Positions 43,613 to 57,312 are shown, counted from the stretch's first letter. The stretch is 64,000 bases of DNA from Octopus vulgaris (GCA_951406725.2 OX597828.1:54436001-54500000); one strand, 5' to 3'. Translations and numbers: made by a program. The notes: a model not told the origin generated them from the sequence alone.

Positions 43613-43842
43613 GCGTGTGTATAACTATTTTCATTTATATTCCTGTGTATTGTGTTGAAGAAGGAAAAAAGACTTCTTTATGGCTTTAATCCAGAAACTG
43701 GACCCACTTTACAATTGGCGTGAAGTCCTTTTTTGTATTTTTTCATTTGCCCAACTGCAACTTGTGTTTTGGGGGTAGTTTCTTAGTACCTTTGTCTTCT
43801 ATTACAAGCATGCAGGAGACAGCTCTTTTCGCCCTGCTCCCT

Positions 43843-43892
<50 letters not shown>

Positions 43893-43920
43893 AGTTAAAT
43901 ACAGGTGTTATTCAAATTCT

Positions 43921-44017
43921 TTTACTTCCGACACATGTTTCGAAGACATCACATTGGTATTATTCCAAAGGAATAAAATGGTGTAAAACAATGTAATCAT
44001 CTCTTCAGGGAAATAAA
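43921..44017 (-). ncRNA. Type I hammerhead ribozyme with canonical core
   Basis: Stem I TTTATTTCC/GGAAGTAAA (9 bp, one GU); CTGAAGA at 44008-44002; extended stem II (ATTACATTG/CAATGTGAT, TATTCC/GGAATA); GAAA at 43941-43938; palindromic ACATGT in stem III; GUC triplet ending at 43930. Confidence 0.8.
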
Positions 44018-44559
44018 GAAATAAAAGTCGTCAATAAGACATTTTAACAGAATATGATGGATATGTATATTGGCAAACTGAACGCTTTTAAGTTTTCTTT
44101 TAAAAAAACTTTAGACGATATAACGTTAAAGGTAGCATATAGAACGAGGAGGGGGTAAAGGAAAGAAAAAATGAGAAATCAAATAAATGAGAATTATAGA
44201 ACGATATGTGAATTAAATAAAAGCCTAAAGTCTTGGTAAAAATATATCTAGTGGAAGTGAAATGCAAGAAGAAAATCAATGTTTAAATGATATACAATGG
44301 TAGATATTACTTGCTTGCAACTGAGTGGGGTGTTAGCAGTTTAAAATTGGGCGACGAGTTACGTCTAATATGTATGTATTTATATATGTAAGTATGTTTA
44401 TATGTATGCATGTAGGTATGAGTATATGTATGCAAGCATGTAGGTTTGTATACATATTTATGAAAATAACGTAACTCAAAAGAAAAATTACATTGGTATA
44501 TACGAAAGCGATTTTTTAAAAAAAATACACTAACTATAAGTCTTCTTTCTGACATGTAG

Positions 44560-44775
44560 ATAATAAGAAACCCACAAAGTTAGCTAACCGTATGTGACAC
44601 CACACACCATCAAATAGAACATCGTGGAAGGATACATGCCATGCATTAATGGATCAAAATGATGTAGGCTTGACTTAAGCGAAACTGTTTTTAGATCTAA
44701 CAACTCTACTGACCTGAAATTTTTACTAAGTGTAAGCCTCTGGACAAATTTCTTTTATTGAACTGGAAAACACTA
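44560..44775 (+). pseudogene. Decayed Penelope-like GIY-YIG C-terminus
   Basis: IK*NIVEGYMPCINGSK*CRLDLSE...EIFTKCKPLDKFLL resembles the PLE motif KWxI..PYxNGxKRCxLCLxE..ExxxKCRHxNKFLL. Confidence 0.55.
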
Positions 44776-45199
44776 CCCTCTCTGGATTAAGCATGTATTT
44801 TCACAAACTTTGACCTTTTCCCCGTTCAATTTATTTACACCACCCATATCAATTCTGATTCGAACGAGTTAAAAAGACGCCATTCTTAATTTTCTCATTT
44901 TTTTCCTAATCCGGTTTTTTTTCTTTTACCTTCCTCTCGTCTTTTCTCCTTGTTTTCCAAAGATCAACCATATTCTACAGTTGAGTCTGAAAGATTGTTT
45001 GGTGACTCATGGTGCGTTATATAAGCTTGTCTGATAGTAATGTTTTCACAAGCTACCAGCAGTAGCTTGAATTTAAATCCTATGTATAATTAATGATATT
45101 TATCCCTCACTAGATGGAGTATTTTTTTGACCCAATCAATAATGGAACATTACATTATACATACATACGTACATACATACATGCATAATGTATACTTAT

Positions 45200-45265
<66 letters not shown>

Positions 45266-45374
45266 ACACATATATACATATACATACATATGCATACATA
45301 TGATATAACGTTAAAGGTAGCATATAGAACGAGGAGGGGGTAAAGGAAAGAAAAAATGTATATTTTTTTATTGT

Positions 45375-45622
45375 GGAGGCGCGTGGCTTAGTGGTTAGGG
45401 TGTCAGCACCATAATCATAAGATTGTGGTTTCGATTCCTGGACCGGGCGACACGTTGTGTTCCTGAGCAAAACACTTCATTTCGCGTTGCTCCAGTCCAC
45501 TCAGCTGGCAAAAAATGAGAAACGCTGCGATGGACTGGCGTCCCGTCCAGCTGGGGAACACATAGGCCATAGAAACCGGGAAACCGGGCCGATGAGCCTG
45601 GCTAGGCTTTAAAAGGGCGCAT
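45375..45622 (+). mobile_element. SINE family C with (TTTA)n tail
   Basis: A and B boxes; ctgcgatggactggcgtcccgtccag tail motif; homologous copy at 18011. Confidence 0.9.
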
Positions 45623-45709
45623 TTATTTATTTATTTATTTATTTATTTTATATTTTTTATCATGGGTCCCTCCCTCACTCTCTTTATATATATATATATA
45701 TATATATAT

Positions 45710-45917
45710 TCAAAGTGTGACCGCGTGTGTACCGTTGCCAATTTTTTTTCCTCCGTCTTCCCTTCTTTGGATCTTTCCTTTTCCTATGTTTCTGACGGAG
45801 AAATGTTCGAAACGTTAAACCCTCCTTCTTTCCTTCTTTCCTGAGCGTCCAATAACACTATACTTGTTCCACGTCCTCGCGTTGTTGTGTTTTCTCTTTG
45901 TGTTTTCATGTTTGGAT

Positions 45918-45922
<5 letters not shown>
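45710..45922 (+). mobile_element. Family H element between (TA)n tracts; minimal hammerhead-like motif at 45788-45820
   Basis: GTTT-CTGACGG-A-GAA(ATG)TTC-GAAA-C-GTT-AAAC. Confidence 0.7.
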
Positions 45923-46016
<94 letters not shown>

Positions 46017-46081
46017 TTTGATACTTTGATAGGTTTCGGCCATTATTGGCCCAGGCCATGTCTAACTTAATAGCACCACCT

Positions 46082-46266
<185 letters not shown>

Positions 46267-46829
46267 TCACGCATATATAAACGCATATACATATACCTAC
46301 ATACACACAAAAGCACAAACATACTCGTACATACATCTGTGTGTGTGTATTTTCCTGTTCCGTTTCTCCTTCATTTTCCGGTGACCTGTATTTCAAAACT
46401 ACGACATCGCGTTATGCAAATGAGGAGGTCATGCAAATGAGCAACGTCGTCCACCATTGCTGTGAGCACACATATTTCCGTCCGCGTAGAAGCAACTTGT
46501 GTGCAAAAATAGAAATAACTCACCCAATCACGTTTTCCTGCTTACTCAGCTTTTTAAGCCACGTCCTACCCAGTCTCCCACCCGATAGTCTACCCACTCA
46601 TTCGTCATTACAAAGGAGAGGGAAATAAAAAAAAAAACAAAACAAAATCATGATGGACGATTTTACAGAAATCTTATTTTAGCACAAGGTCTTCTCTCGT
46701 CCTTGGTCACTGTTGTTTTTGTTGTTTGTTGTTGTTTGCTGTTGTTGTTCTAATTGTTATCGTTGCGTTTGTTGTTATTAGAGTTGTGATTGTTTTTTTT
46801 CTTCTGTTTTGGTTATTATTTTATTCTTT

Positions 46830-47050
46830 TATTCTTTTGCTTGTCTCAGTAATTTTACTGTGGCCATGCTGGAGCACCACTTTCTTTTTTTTTAGTCGAA
46901 GAAATCGACTCCAGGTCTTATTCTTTGTCTCTTTATTATATTAGTCTCTTTTGCGCAACTGCTAAGTTACGGGAACGTAAACACACGAACGCCAGTTGTC
47001 AAGCGGTGATGGGGAGACAAACACAGACACAAAGACACACACACACACAC
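46830..47050 (-). mobile_element. SINE A tail half
   Basis: Homology to full copies. Confidence 0.75.
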
Positions 47051-47105
47051 ATACGCCCACAGACACACACTCACAGACACACACACACACACACACACAC
47101 ACACT

Positions 47106-47275
47106 TATCAGCCAAAATTGCGAGGACACTCTGGTGCTTGACCGAGGAAAGAAAACTTCTAATGACCCGTCCTTGTTTTCTTTGTATCGTCTATCTGGAT
47201 GTTTTGTTGTCCCTTTTTGTATCACCTGACTGTCCGGGTGTTTTGCGTTCTTGTCCAATCATTTTGTATTATATA
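47106..47275 (+). mobile_element. Family G 3' fragment
   Basis: Homologous to 4161-4318. Confidence 0.75.
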
Positions 47276-47929
47276 TACCACATAGCCACGCCTACAACTG
47301 AAAGTTTTGGTTGCTGTTGTTGTTGTTGTTGTACTAGCATTGTTTCGCCAAAGGTCAGTTCTGATAAAGTATGGACGAAAGTCGTCCACTTGTAACCATT
47401 TTATCTTATTTTTTCAAGACACTGCCTAAGACTGCAATATCCAGTGTATCCTTCGCTTTTTAAAAAATTTCTACGTCAGCTATTATTTCTAGCTGCATGT
47501 AGAGCAATTACCTAGCAAATTACTTTCCTTCGTTTGCTTGTGTTCCTCTAATTTCCTTGTTTAACCCTAAGTCAGCCTGGATTAAGTAGGTATATGATCA
47601 AAGCTATTCCTACCATCATCAACCTCATCATCATGTGGATGTATGAATTTAGAAAGGAAAGGAAACCTCGTAGAACTCCTTCAAATGTTTAATTTGTGAC
47701 CGAGATTATCTTTGAGAAGTTGGTTTTGTCTTTTTATTGGCGCTTTAGAAATACTCAGCCGTGCGCGATATTGTTCATCGTGATTCTGTATTGGATCTAA
47801 CTAAGAGGAGATATTTCTCTGATAGCTTTGGTAATGGCTAGAAATCATTGGCTGGGTTAGAACATAACTTTTGCTTTGAAAGCCATTCATTATCGACCAA
47901 CGGTCGTACTCATTACTGAGTTGACCTCG

Positions 47930-48235
47930 ATCCTCCTCCTCGTCCCCTCCTCCTCTTTCCCTCCCCCTCCTCTAATCCTCCTCCGCATCCTCCCCCTCCT
48001 CCGCACCCTCCCATCCTCCGCTTCCCCCTCCTCCGCATCCTCCCCTCCCATCATCCGCACCCCCGCACACCCCTCCTCCTCCTCTTTCTCCTCCTCCTCA
48101 TCTTTATCATCCTCCCCCTCCTCTTCCCCCCTCCTCTTCCCCCTCCTCTTCCCCCCTCCTCTTCCCCCCTCCTCTTCCCCCCTCTTACTCCTCCTCTTTC
48201 TTCTCCTCCTCCTCCTCATCATCATCATTGTCACC
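47930..48235. repeat. C/T-rich low-complexity (CCT)n-like tract
   Basis: Directly visible. Confidence 0.9.
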
Positions 48236-48511
48236 ATCATGTATGTTTGAGTTACTACAAATGGTGCAAACTAGAGCTAAAGACAATACTCACTATGAAT
48301 CAGCCATTCTTGCGACAAAGTGCGACTCGAAGGATATTTGGCTGCTATATCTAGCAGTAGTCTGAGCCACCACGTGTGGCCGAATTCTTCTTGGTCATCG
48401 TTATTGGTGGTCATGTTAGTTGTTGCGGTTGTTATTGTTTTAGTAATAGCAGCACAGCAGCATGAGTTTTTACTAGTACTAAGTAATATATTTATAGCAG
48501 TGGCGGTGGTG

Positions 48512-48593
<82 letters not shown>

Positions 48594-49159
48594 TAGTAGT
48601 AGTAGAAGTAGTAGTAGCAGTAGTAGTCTGTGATCCGTCCTTGTATATCTCATACCCCACCGCAAACTTGCTGGTTTGACCAGACAGGCGACTCATTTGA
48701 CAAAAGCAACAAAGTAACAGAACCCATCCTCCGCTCCCACCCCGCCCACCTCTCCTACATCTCTCATATTGGTGTGGAATGTATGCAGCAGCAGCGGGGA
48801 GAGGGAAGGTGAGCTGTCAATGTCTGAGAAATTGAGAAAATATTTTCTTTTTTTTTTTACTTTGGTATTTTTTCATTTGATTTGTTTTGTGTTTTTTTAA
48901 TGGTTGTTTTGCTTGTTTCGTTTTTGTTGAAAATATCAAATGTAATGTCAAATCCGAGCGACAACTTTTGCTCTCCACTTTACACTGCATCGCTGCTCTC
49001 CACTTTACACAATTCTGCGCCGTTCTAGACAGTGTGTCTAAAGCTAAATTTATCCCATGTGTACAACAGTAACAAAGATGAGGAGAAAGAAAGAGAAAAA
49101 ACGGTGGAATGCGGTAAAAGAATACAAAGTATGTGACCATTGGAATGATGCAGTCCTCC

Positions 49160-49850
49160 TGATTAGTATAGGAGAGTCTCTAACGGGAGTCAATCAAGGA
49201 ACCCCACAGATCCAATGTTATCCAAAGCAACAAAGGCACCAGCCCTGGCCCAACTGTTCTCCAATCTACCGTAGGCTCATTCACCCTAACCATTTTTGTA
49301 ACAGTCACCCATTTTTTCGAAAATTCTCTGAGTAAGAACACTCTCCTCTCTACCCGGAGTGGCAGCTGCTGTGGGAACCGCTGGATGACAGACTCTGGTG
49401 ATGATGTTACTTCACGCTTTCCGATCCATGGTGCTGGCCTTAACATACTCGAGGTCGAGTAGCTGCGACTTCAGGGCTTCCTCAAATTGTTTCATAATTT
49501 CTTTGGTGTTTCTCCAGTGTGTGGAGACATAAATTCCAACCGTTCTACAGTTAATGTTAGGGCTAATCCTACATACCATGAAGTTATCATTGGTACATAT
49601 GGTATTCTCAAAGGGGCACGTTCTACACAGTTGTGATCTGATGGAATTCCTTGGCTTTTCAACAATCTTAATGTTGAGTTTGGTCTCCTTCAGAGCTTTC
49701 CTAAATCTACGGGCTATTTCTCCATGGGCTGTGGCCTCTACAAACATCACTCCTTGATATTTGTCGGTTTTATACCACGTGTTCACCCTGCTTGCTTTGT
49801 CACAAGCTCTTTGTATCCTATTCCAGTCTTAGCTTCTATATCTAGGTGTA
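49160..49850 (-). mobile_element. Rearranged Penelope-like fragment
   Basis: 49543-49846 is nearly identical to 52179-52469 (WYKTDKYQGVMFVEAT...CRT), then jumps to a different segment. Confidence 0.8.
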
Positions 49851-50645
49851 GTAGCCTTCTGGGGCTCATCCTGCAGACGTGACCGAACCAAGGTAGTATG
49901 AGCTGCAGGACTTGGTCTTCAATGATCGGCTGCTGCTATGGACCTCTATACCCACGTTGGCTCGGACAGATATGGTTAGGAAACTATCATAGCCAAGTCG
50001 ATAGAGTCTGACCGAAGTGGAAGGCGCCTTTCCGCAATCCTTCAAACCCACGCCCACCACACAAACTCTTTCTCCATAGTCACAAGACAGAGAATTACCT
50101 CCTGCCCTATCTTATCAAATGTGAGTAGTGGGGCGATCCGCACGACCGATTGTCAGATTCGCTTCACACGTGACAGAGGTTGTTCGATAGAACTCCACAA
50201 GTCAGCAATACTCGACCACTGCACGAGAGCGTGCATACGGTTTCGGCGCTCTGCTACATCTCGGTATGTCCTAGACATAGCAGATACACAGCTAAATTGC
50301 TCTATGGCCATGGGTCACTTGACTATGGAGTTGCTTCTGTTGCTGTTATTGTTTACCCCAAGGTCAACCTGAATCAAGCAGGGGGTCGATGCTAGATGGG
50401 TCGAAGCAATTGTAGTGATCAATAGACATTCTCGTTTCTTCCATCTTCTGTCTCTCTCATAAATAAAATACCCAACGATCACTGTGAAAGCGAACGTGCT
50501 TTACCGGTAAGCTACCAGGTGTATATCGTACGATTTATTCACACACAAACATATATGTATATATAAATTTATATGTATATATATATATATATATGTATGT
50601 ATCAAAAGAAAAACAGGACGTAAAGTTATCAAGTATTCACCGTGA

Positions 50646-50741
<96 letters not shown>

Positions 50742-51234
50742 GTATATACATACATACATGCATGCATATGTATATATATATATTGTAAGCAGGTGCAACT
50801 GAGATGGATGGTGTGACAGCCATGCCAAAGCAATCAGAAAAGAAAGCTGTGAAAAAAAATATTAAAAATAAAATAAAAATACTGAAAAAGAAAGTGAAAA
50901 AGGCATAAAGACAACAAAAACGAATGAAAGGTTAAAATAAGAAAGAAAATGTTGTATGTATATATGCATATATATGTATATATGTATATACATTCATATA
51001 TACATATGTGTGAAAAGGGGAGAGGGAGAGAGAGAGAGAGAAAGAGAGAGCGGGTAACATAGAATACAACACTGAGGTGTGATATTAAGTGGATAGGGGA
51101 TAGCTGTGTGTGAGATAGCGACAAACATAGCCGGGTATGAGTGTGGGCCATGGATGGAACAGTTTACTTTTCTTCAATTTTCCTTGCGTTTTGCAACCTT
51201 TTCAATGGTTGTTGACTCTGTCCGTTATTCAAGC

Positions 51235-53125
51235 TGCGTTCTTTTTGTTCGTTTGGGCGCATGCGTGTGGGTCAGTGTGTGCGCATGCACATGTGTGTAT
51301 GTATGTATGTATGTATGTATGTATGTATGTATGTATGTATGTATGCATGTGTGTATGCATGCATGTATGTATATGTGTGTGCGTATGTATATATGTATGT
51401 GTGTGCGTACGTTCGTATGTATGTATTCTGCACATTCATGTTTGTGTTTGTGTATTCGTGTTTTGCATGTGCGTGTGTGTGTGTACATCTGTCTCCTTGT
51501 GTGTGCATGTCTAAGTGTGTCTGTGCGTGTGCATGGGTTTTGTGACTATGTACTGTGACTGTATGTATGGATGCGTATCTCCATATATGTGGACGTGTGT
51601 CCCCATATGGTCCTTGTGTGAAGTGTGTGTGTATAAGGTCATGTGTTTCAGTCTTCATTTCCGTATTGTGTGTATGTGTGCTTGTCTGTTCATATTACCT
51701 ATGTACCTATCCGGGTGTATGTCTGTTTACTTTCATACCCATTTACCTACATACATGTGCATATACATATACATATGTACACACACGCACACACATGCAT
51801 ACATCTACATAACATCCCATTAACTATTCTACCTGTATATAAATATAAACTGTGGGTATGGGGGGTATGATTATCTACTACATATATTTCCTATTTAGTA
51901 CTGAGATGTTTCATTCATAAGGACGTGCTCCTTTATTTGTCTGAGTGTTGGGTCCTTTGAGTGCTTGGATAAAATGCGGATGTCATGTTGACCCAGGCTG
52001 CTTCCATGTTGGTCCTTGGCATGTTGGTAGAGTATGGAGGACTGTTTTTTGTCGTTATATTGTCTCAAATGTTCATTTAGTCTTTCCGCAATACTTCTCG
52101 ACGTCTCCCCTCTGTATGTCATATTCGTGTCTTTACAAGCACCTTCTATGCATCTTATGCTGTAAACTCCATTTCTAGTTCTACAGTTAATGCTAGGGCT
52201 AATCCTACATACCATGAAGTTATCATTGGTACATATGGTATTCTCAAAGGGGCACGTCCTAAACAGTTGTAATCTGATGGAGTTCCCTGGCTTATCAACA
52301 ATCTTAATGTTGAGTTTGGCTTTCCTAAATCTACGGGCTAGTTCTCCATGGGCTGTAGCCTCTACAAACATCACTCCTTGATATTTGTCGGTTTTATACC
52401 ACGTGTTCACCCTGTTTGCTTTGTCACAAACTCTTTGTATCCTATTCCAGTCTTTGCTTCTATATCTAGGGCAGGTATCACTGGTTTCATTACATATAAT
52501 GTTATCTAACTTCTTTCTGGCACCTCTGTATACTCGAACCCTATCTTTGTGATCATATTCAGAGAATTGCATGCGGTGCATGAAGTTCTGTACATGTTTC
52601 TTCGTTTCATAGGGCTTGCCTAGTGGGGACATGCATTTCTCCTCAGCAAAATCTATGTCTATAGATGGGTAGAGTAAAATCATATCCATACTACCCACTA
52701 CACAACCTGGAGTGGTTGCAAGTACTGATTTTACTGAGGATATCTTCTGTGCTCACGTAGACATCTGAGGACACTTCTACGAGAGGTCGTGATACTTGTG
52801 AGAGAAAGTAGGACAGTCTATAATTGCTGGAGATATTCGCTTGGCAAACTGGTCAGGTTGGGGGCACCATGACAGAGTTTAAGTAGGGTTTGTGATCGTT
52901 ACGTAACCCGTATCGTGTAGGAACATCACCACCACCAATAGCAACAACAATGCCAGCAACAATAACAACAACAACAACAACCACAACGATAATTCTATTT
53001 TCTATAAGCCTAACAACAAACCTTATGACATGACGAGGATCTACCCTACGGATAAGTACATAGGTAATATGAACAGACAAGCACACATACACACACATAC
53101 GCCAAGGAAGACTGAAACACACGAC

Positions 53126-53172
<47 letters not shown>

Positions 53173-53267
53173 CACTTCATACAAGGACACATATGGAGAC
53201 ACACAATCACGAACAGACAGACACATAAACATGAATATGCAGAATACATACATACAAACGTACACAC

Positions 53268-53312
<45 letters not shown>

Positions 53313-53387
53313 TATGCACACACACATACATACATGCATACACACACTGACCCACCCACATGCGCACAAACGAACAAAAAGAATGCA
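51235..53387. repeat. Inverted duplication (51235-51713 and 53049-53387) bracketing the Penelope-like ORF
   Basis: tgtgcttgtctgttcatattacctatgtac is mirrored by gtacataggtaatatgaacagacaagcaca, and ttctttttgttcgtttg by caaacgaacaaaaagaa. Confidence 0.85.
51895..52925 (-). mobile_element. Internally deleted Penelope-like retroelement (RT N-terminal motifs fused to thumb, Cys linker and GIY-YIG endonuclease)
   Basis: YGLRNDHK..PPT.PVC and GSMDMILLYPSID (RT). ORF 51895-52698 has C..C linker, NGVYSIRC...YRGETSRS..ERLNEH...LYQH...H...RQIKE. Confidence 0.88.
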
Positions 53388-53469
53388 TATACATCTATGT
53401 GTGTGTGTGTGTATATATATATACACACACGCACACAGATATAAATACACACATATGCATGTATACCTA

Positions 53470-53501
<32 letters not shown>

Positions 53502-53567
53502 CTGACACACACACACATATATACACATATATATGTATATACATATATAGATACATACACACACACT

Positions 53568-53612
<45 letters not shown>

Positions 53613-54667
53613 ATATGCACACACACACATACACACACACACCGCACATATATCTGTACACGCACACATACGCACTTAAGTACATTTATGTGTGTATTAA
53701 TGTATGTTATGTATTATTGTACGTATGCATGTGTGTGTGTGTGTATTTGCGAATTCATACTGAAGTATACAGCTAGTGCTTCACGTTAATCAAAGCAAGA
53801 AAAATGTTGCCACAGCTGAAATTTTTCCTGAACTTCCGATCAGATAACAGAAGTGTTATCATGCATACACCTAGAACTCAGCTATTTCTTATACACTACT
53901 ACTACTACTACTACTACTACTACAAGTATTAGTATTAGTAGTAGTATGTGGTCGTGTACACGTGTGTTAGAAAAGTGCCTTAGCATTTTGTATTATATAC
54001 AGAGCACAACTGAAGAAAAGAGATTTTGTTTTGGAAAATTTTCAACAGGGAGCCTCTTGGGACATATTAGTAGGACGTCTAGATCCCTTACATCAGGAGA
54101 TATAAATTGTGTCATTTTGTTTTTTGCCATAATCTAATTTCTTTCTTCTTATTTATATGTAACTCAAGAGAACATGTCGGCAGAGAAACATCCTGTTCCC
54201 TTAAAAACAACCGCAATGAAAGCAACAATAAAGAAAACTGATAAAAGAAAAACAAAATCCAATCTTACAAAATGCGTGTATTTTTAGTCGAAAAAATAAA
54301 ATTTTAAGGGTTAAAAATGTCGGTCTGTACCATTTTAACATCACATGTATAAACATAAATGTACGCACGCATGTACACACACTCGTATACACACACACAC
54401 ACACACACACACAATCAAACAGAATTTATCAGGTGAATAGAAGTTAAATTTAATGAGCAAAAATGTTGTTTAGAGACAAAATGTTTAGAGAGAGAAATGA
54501 GACAAAAAGTTCTTCCGCCAGCGTTGCTAGACGTAAAGAGGAAAATATATGTGATCGGTGAACTACCATCCACTAAGGATCCATATCCGAGAGCGAGCAA
54601 AGAGGAACGTTGCATATTTCTACATCTGTACAAACACAGCGGTTTTTTTTTATGCACTCTTAAACAA

Positions 54668-55082
54668 CGGCGCAGGAGTGGCTGTGTGGTAAGTAGCTTG
54701 CTTACCAACCACATGGTACCGGGTTCATTCCTACTGCGTCGCACCTTGGGCAAGTGTCTTCTACTATAGCTTCGGGCCGACCAAAGCCTTGTGAGTGGAT
54801 TTAGTAGACGGAAACTGAAAGAAGCCCGTCGTATATATGTATATATATATATATGTGTGTGTGTATAAGTTTGTGTGTCTGCATTTGTCCCCCCCCCCCC
54901 CAACATTGCTTTACAACCGATGGTGGTGTGCTTACGTCCCCGTAACTTAGCGGTCCGGCAAAAGTGATTGATAGAATAAGTACTTGGCTTACAAAGAATA
55001 AGTCCTGGGGTCGATTTGCTCGACTAGAAAGCGGTGCTCCAGCATGGCCACAGTCAAATGACTGAAACAAGTAAAAGAGTAA
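54668..55082 (+). mobile_element. SINE family A, full length
   Basis: Homology to 23072. Confidence 0.9.
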
Positions 55083-55084
55083 CG

Positions 55085-55810
55085 ATTGAAAGTCTTGGCG
55101 GACGTAAGGAGTGATATCTCTTCCATCCATCAAGGTAAGGCTCATGGAATAACATGCTTAGTATGCAAAACTGAGAATAGGATGAGAAAACATGTGAAGC
55201 AGGTGCCTCATACGGTACATAGGCCATCTGAATGCATGATGGTCCCAGTGATGATCATTGGTCATAATATTGATATTTGGGTCGCTTTCACTTTTGTGGA
55301 TCAGTAAGGAAGTGTAGGAACAGCAAAGGGGATAGAAACATGGACTTGATCTTATTAGAAATCCAAATCCTACCGACTTCCGAAAACTATAGCCATTCCA
55401 AACCTTACCTCCATTGTAGGCTGGAAAATAAACGCATTGTTGTTGGCAGTGAATGGCAGGTAACCCAGTTGCTACACAGATAGCCGCAAGTGCCATTTGA
55501 GAGCTTTCTGTCTGGGAGACATCGTGAAGATGAAAAAATGGAAAAGAAAATGCCAGTAACAGCATCAGTGGCAGCATACCATAGAAATTGCTATTTTCAA
55601 AGTATCACGAGTTGAGGCACCGGAAATCTAAGAAGGGATCACCTCATCCTCAACTCCAGCTGCCAACGATGAAGGTCCTCTACCCACGACTAGAACCGGT
55701 ACTCCAATTCCATCGCAGTTGATGGACTATAAACACGAATGGAAGACTGTCGGAAGCAGCATAAAGAGTAAAAGAAAAAGGAAAGTGACCCCTAAAAAAG
55801 AGTGTAACTA
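55085..55810 (+). pseudogene. Possible decayed L1/Tx1-like ORF1 (gag-like knuckle)
   Basis: VNGR*PSCYTDSRKCHLRAFC is a decayed CCHC-like motif, followed by EWKTVGSSIKSKRKRK. Confidence 0.45.
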
Positions 55811-55994
55811 AAATGAAGGTGTATTTAACGTCCCCCCCCTTACATTGCTCGACGTAATATATATAGAAAAGCCAATGGATGTTTACTGTATAAGTATAAA
55901 GTCTGGAGTATTCTACCTAATGTAAAAGCAGTGCCTAATAAAATTGTGTTATGTTTTCTGTGAGTAGATCCTAATTTATTTTTTAGTACGGTAG

Positions 55995-57160
55995 TGGTGG
56001 TCCTTTAAAGCCTGTATCATATCAACATTAACCTTGGTTTTATACCCAAAGCAACTATTGTTAACATGATTGCTTCTGTTTTCAATTCTTACTTTTTTTC
56101 CAGGCATATATATCCGGATAGAGTTTTTGTTCCCCATTTCTTTCAGAAATATCTTTCCTTGAATTTGATTTCGTCAATTAGGAAATGGAGATAATTCTTT
56201 TCCTGACATACTATCTTGACAATTTGCTTTAATCTCTCTGTCTATATGAATTAACATACCCTGCTATATGGTTATTTCGTTATTCTCTGAGATCTGCTGT
56301 AGATTTGTGCCGTTTCTTTACAGTCGAGTATTGCATAATGTCACAATATTCACAACTTATCTTTGACATTTCTCACAGATATGTCTTTTTAAATATTCTG
56401 TTTGAACTGTGGCTTCGCAACCCAAAACTATTTGATTGATTGATTCTTCATAACACACACATATTCTCATGTTATTATCTGAACTCTGATTCGTTTTATA
56501 TCTTTGGTGCCAAGGAGAATTCTGATGGTTTTCTGTCACTCTCAACCCTTTTCTTTCTCTCTCGGCTTTAACTATTGAACTTTTCAACCAGTGTTGAGGT
56601 TTTTGTTTTGTTGGTTATTCGCCATGAAGTAGCTTTCTTTTTAAACGTCTTAACACGACGTTCTCTAGTTATGTTTTTAATTTTTATTTTTGTTTAGATC
56701 TTCTGACATTGTTTCTTCACTCTCTTTCATGGCTGATAGTTTAATATTTGCTGAAAAACGGGAAATAATCTTTATTCAATTTATGTTTTGTAATAGTTTC
56801 TAGTGGTTTCTCTTTATTCTTTTCGAGGTATTTTTATAGTTCTAGCAAATAATTTATAATAGTTTTCTATTTAAAGGAGACCCATATCGCTTTTGTTCCC
56901 TGAAATCATTGTAATGTTGGCATTGAGTCGTGTATTCTAAACGTAGTTTTCATTTTCCTTGTTTTTCTGCATAGCTTTGTTAACTTCATTTAGCTTCCAG
57001 TTGAGAATATTAAATCTGTGACTTCTTATAGAAACAGTTGGGTCATTGAAACCTTTGGTATTATTTTTGGATTTTTTGGAATTTTGCTTTGGATGTATGT
57101 AGTAGTATGTATTGCAAGAGGCATCTAAGTTTCTTTCTCTAACATTTTACATAGTTCAAC
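55995..57160 (-). mobile_element. Heavily decayed R4/Dong-like LINE
   Basis: KSSIVKAE...RICVCYEESINQIVLGC...EYLKRH is collinear with the knuckle region of the 1-1171 copy. Confidence 0.65.
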
Positions 57161-57189
57161 CCACACAAGTTAATGTGTGAAAAACAATA

Positions 57190-57312
57190 TAGGAATTTTG
57201 AAAAAAAAGCTTCTATAAAACTAATTTTTAACCATTGAATGGCTATAGGGGCCCAACAGAATAAAATAGTAATCAAAGGGGTCCATAGATAAAAGTGGTT
57301 GAGAACTCCTGA
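57190..57312. mobile_element. hAT-like right-end fragment
   Basis: aaggggtccatagataaaagtggttgagaactcctg. Confidence 0.45.

Noticed and set aside
47876-48250. Pro/Ser-rich or Glu/Arg/Gly-rich ORFs
   Set aside because: Low-complexity CCT tract open on both strands.
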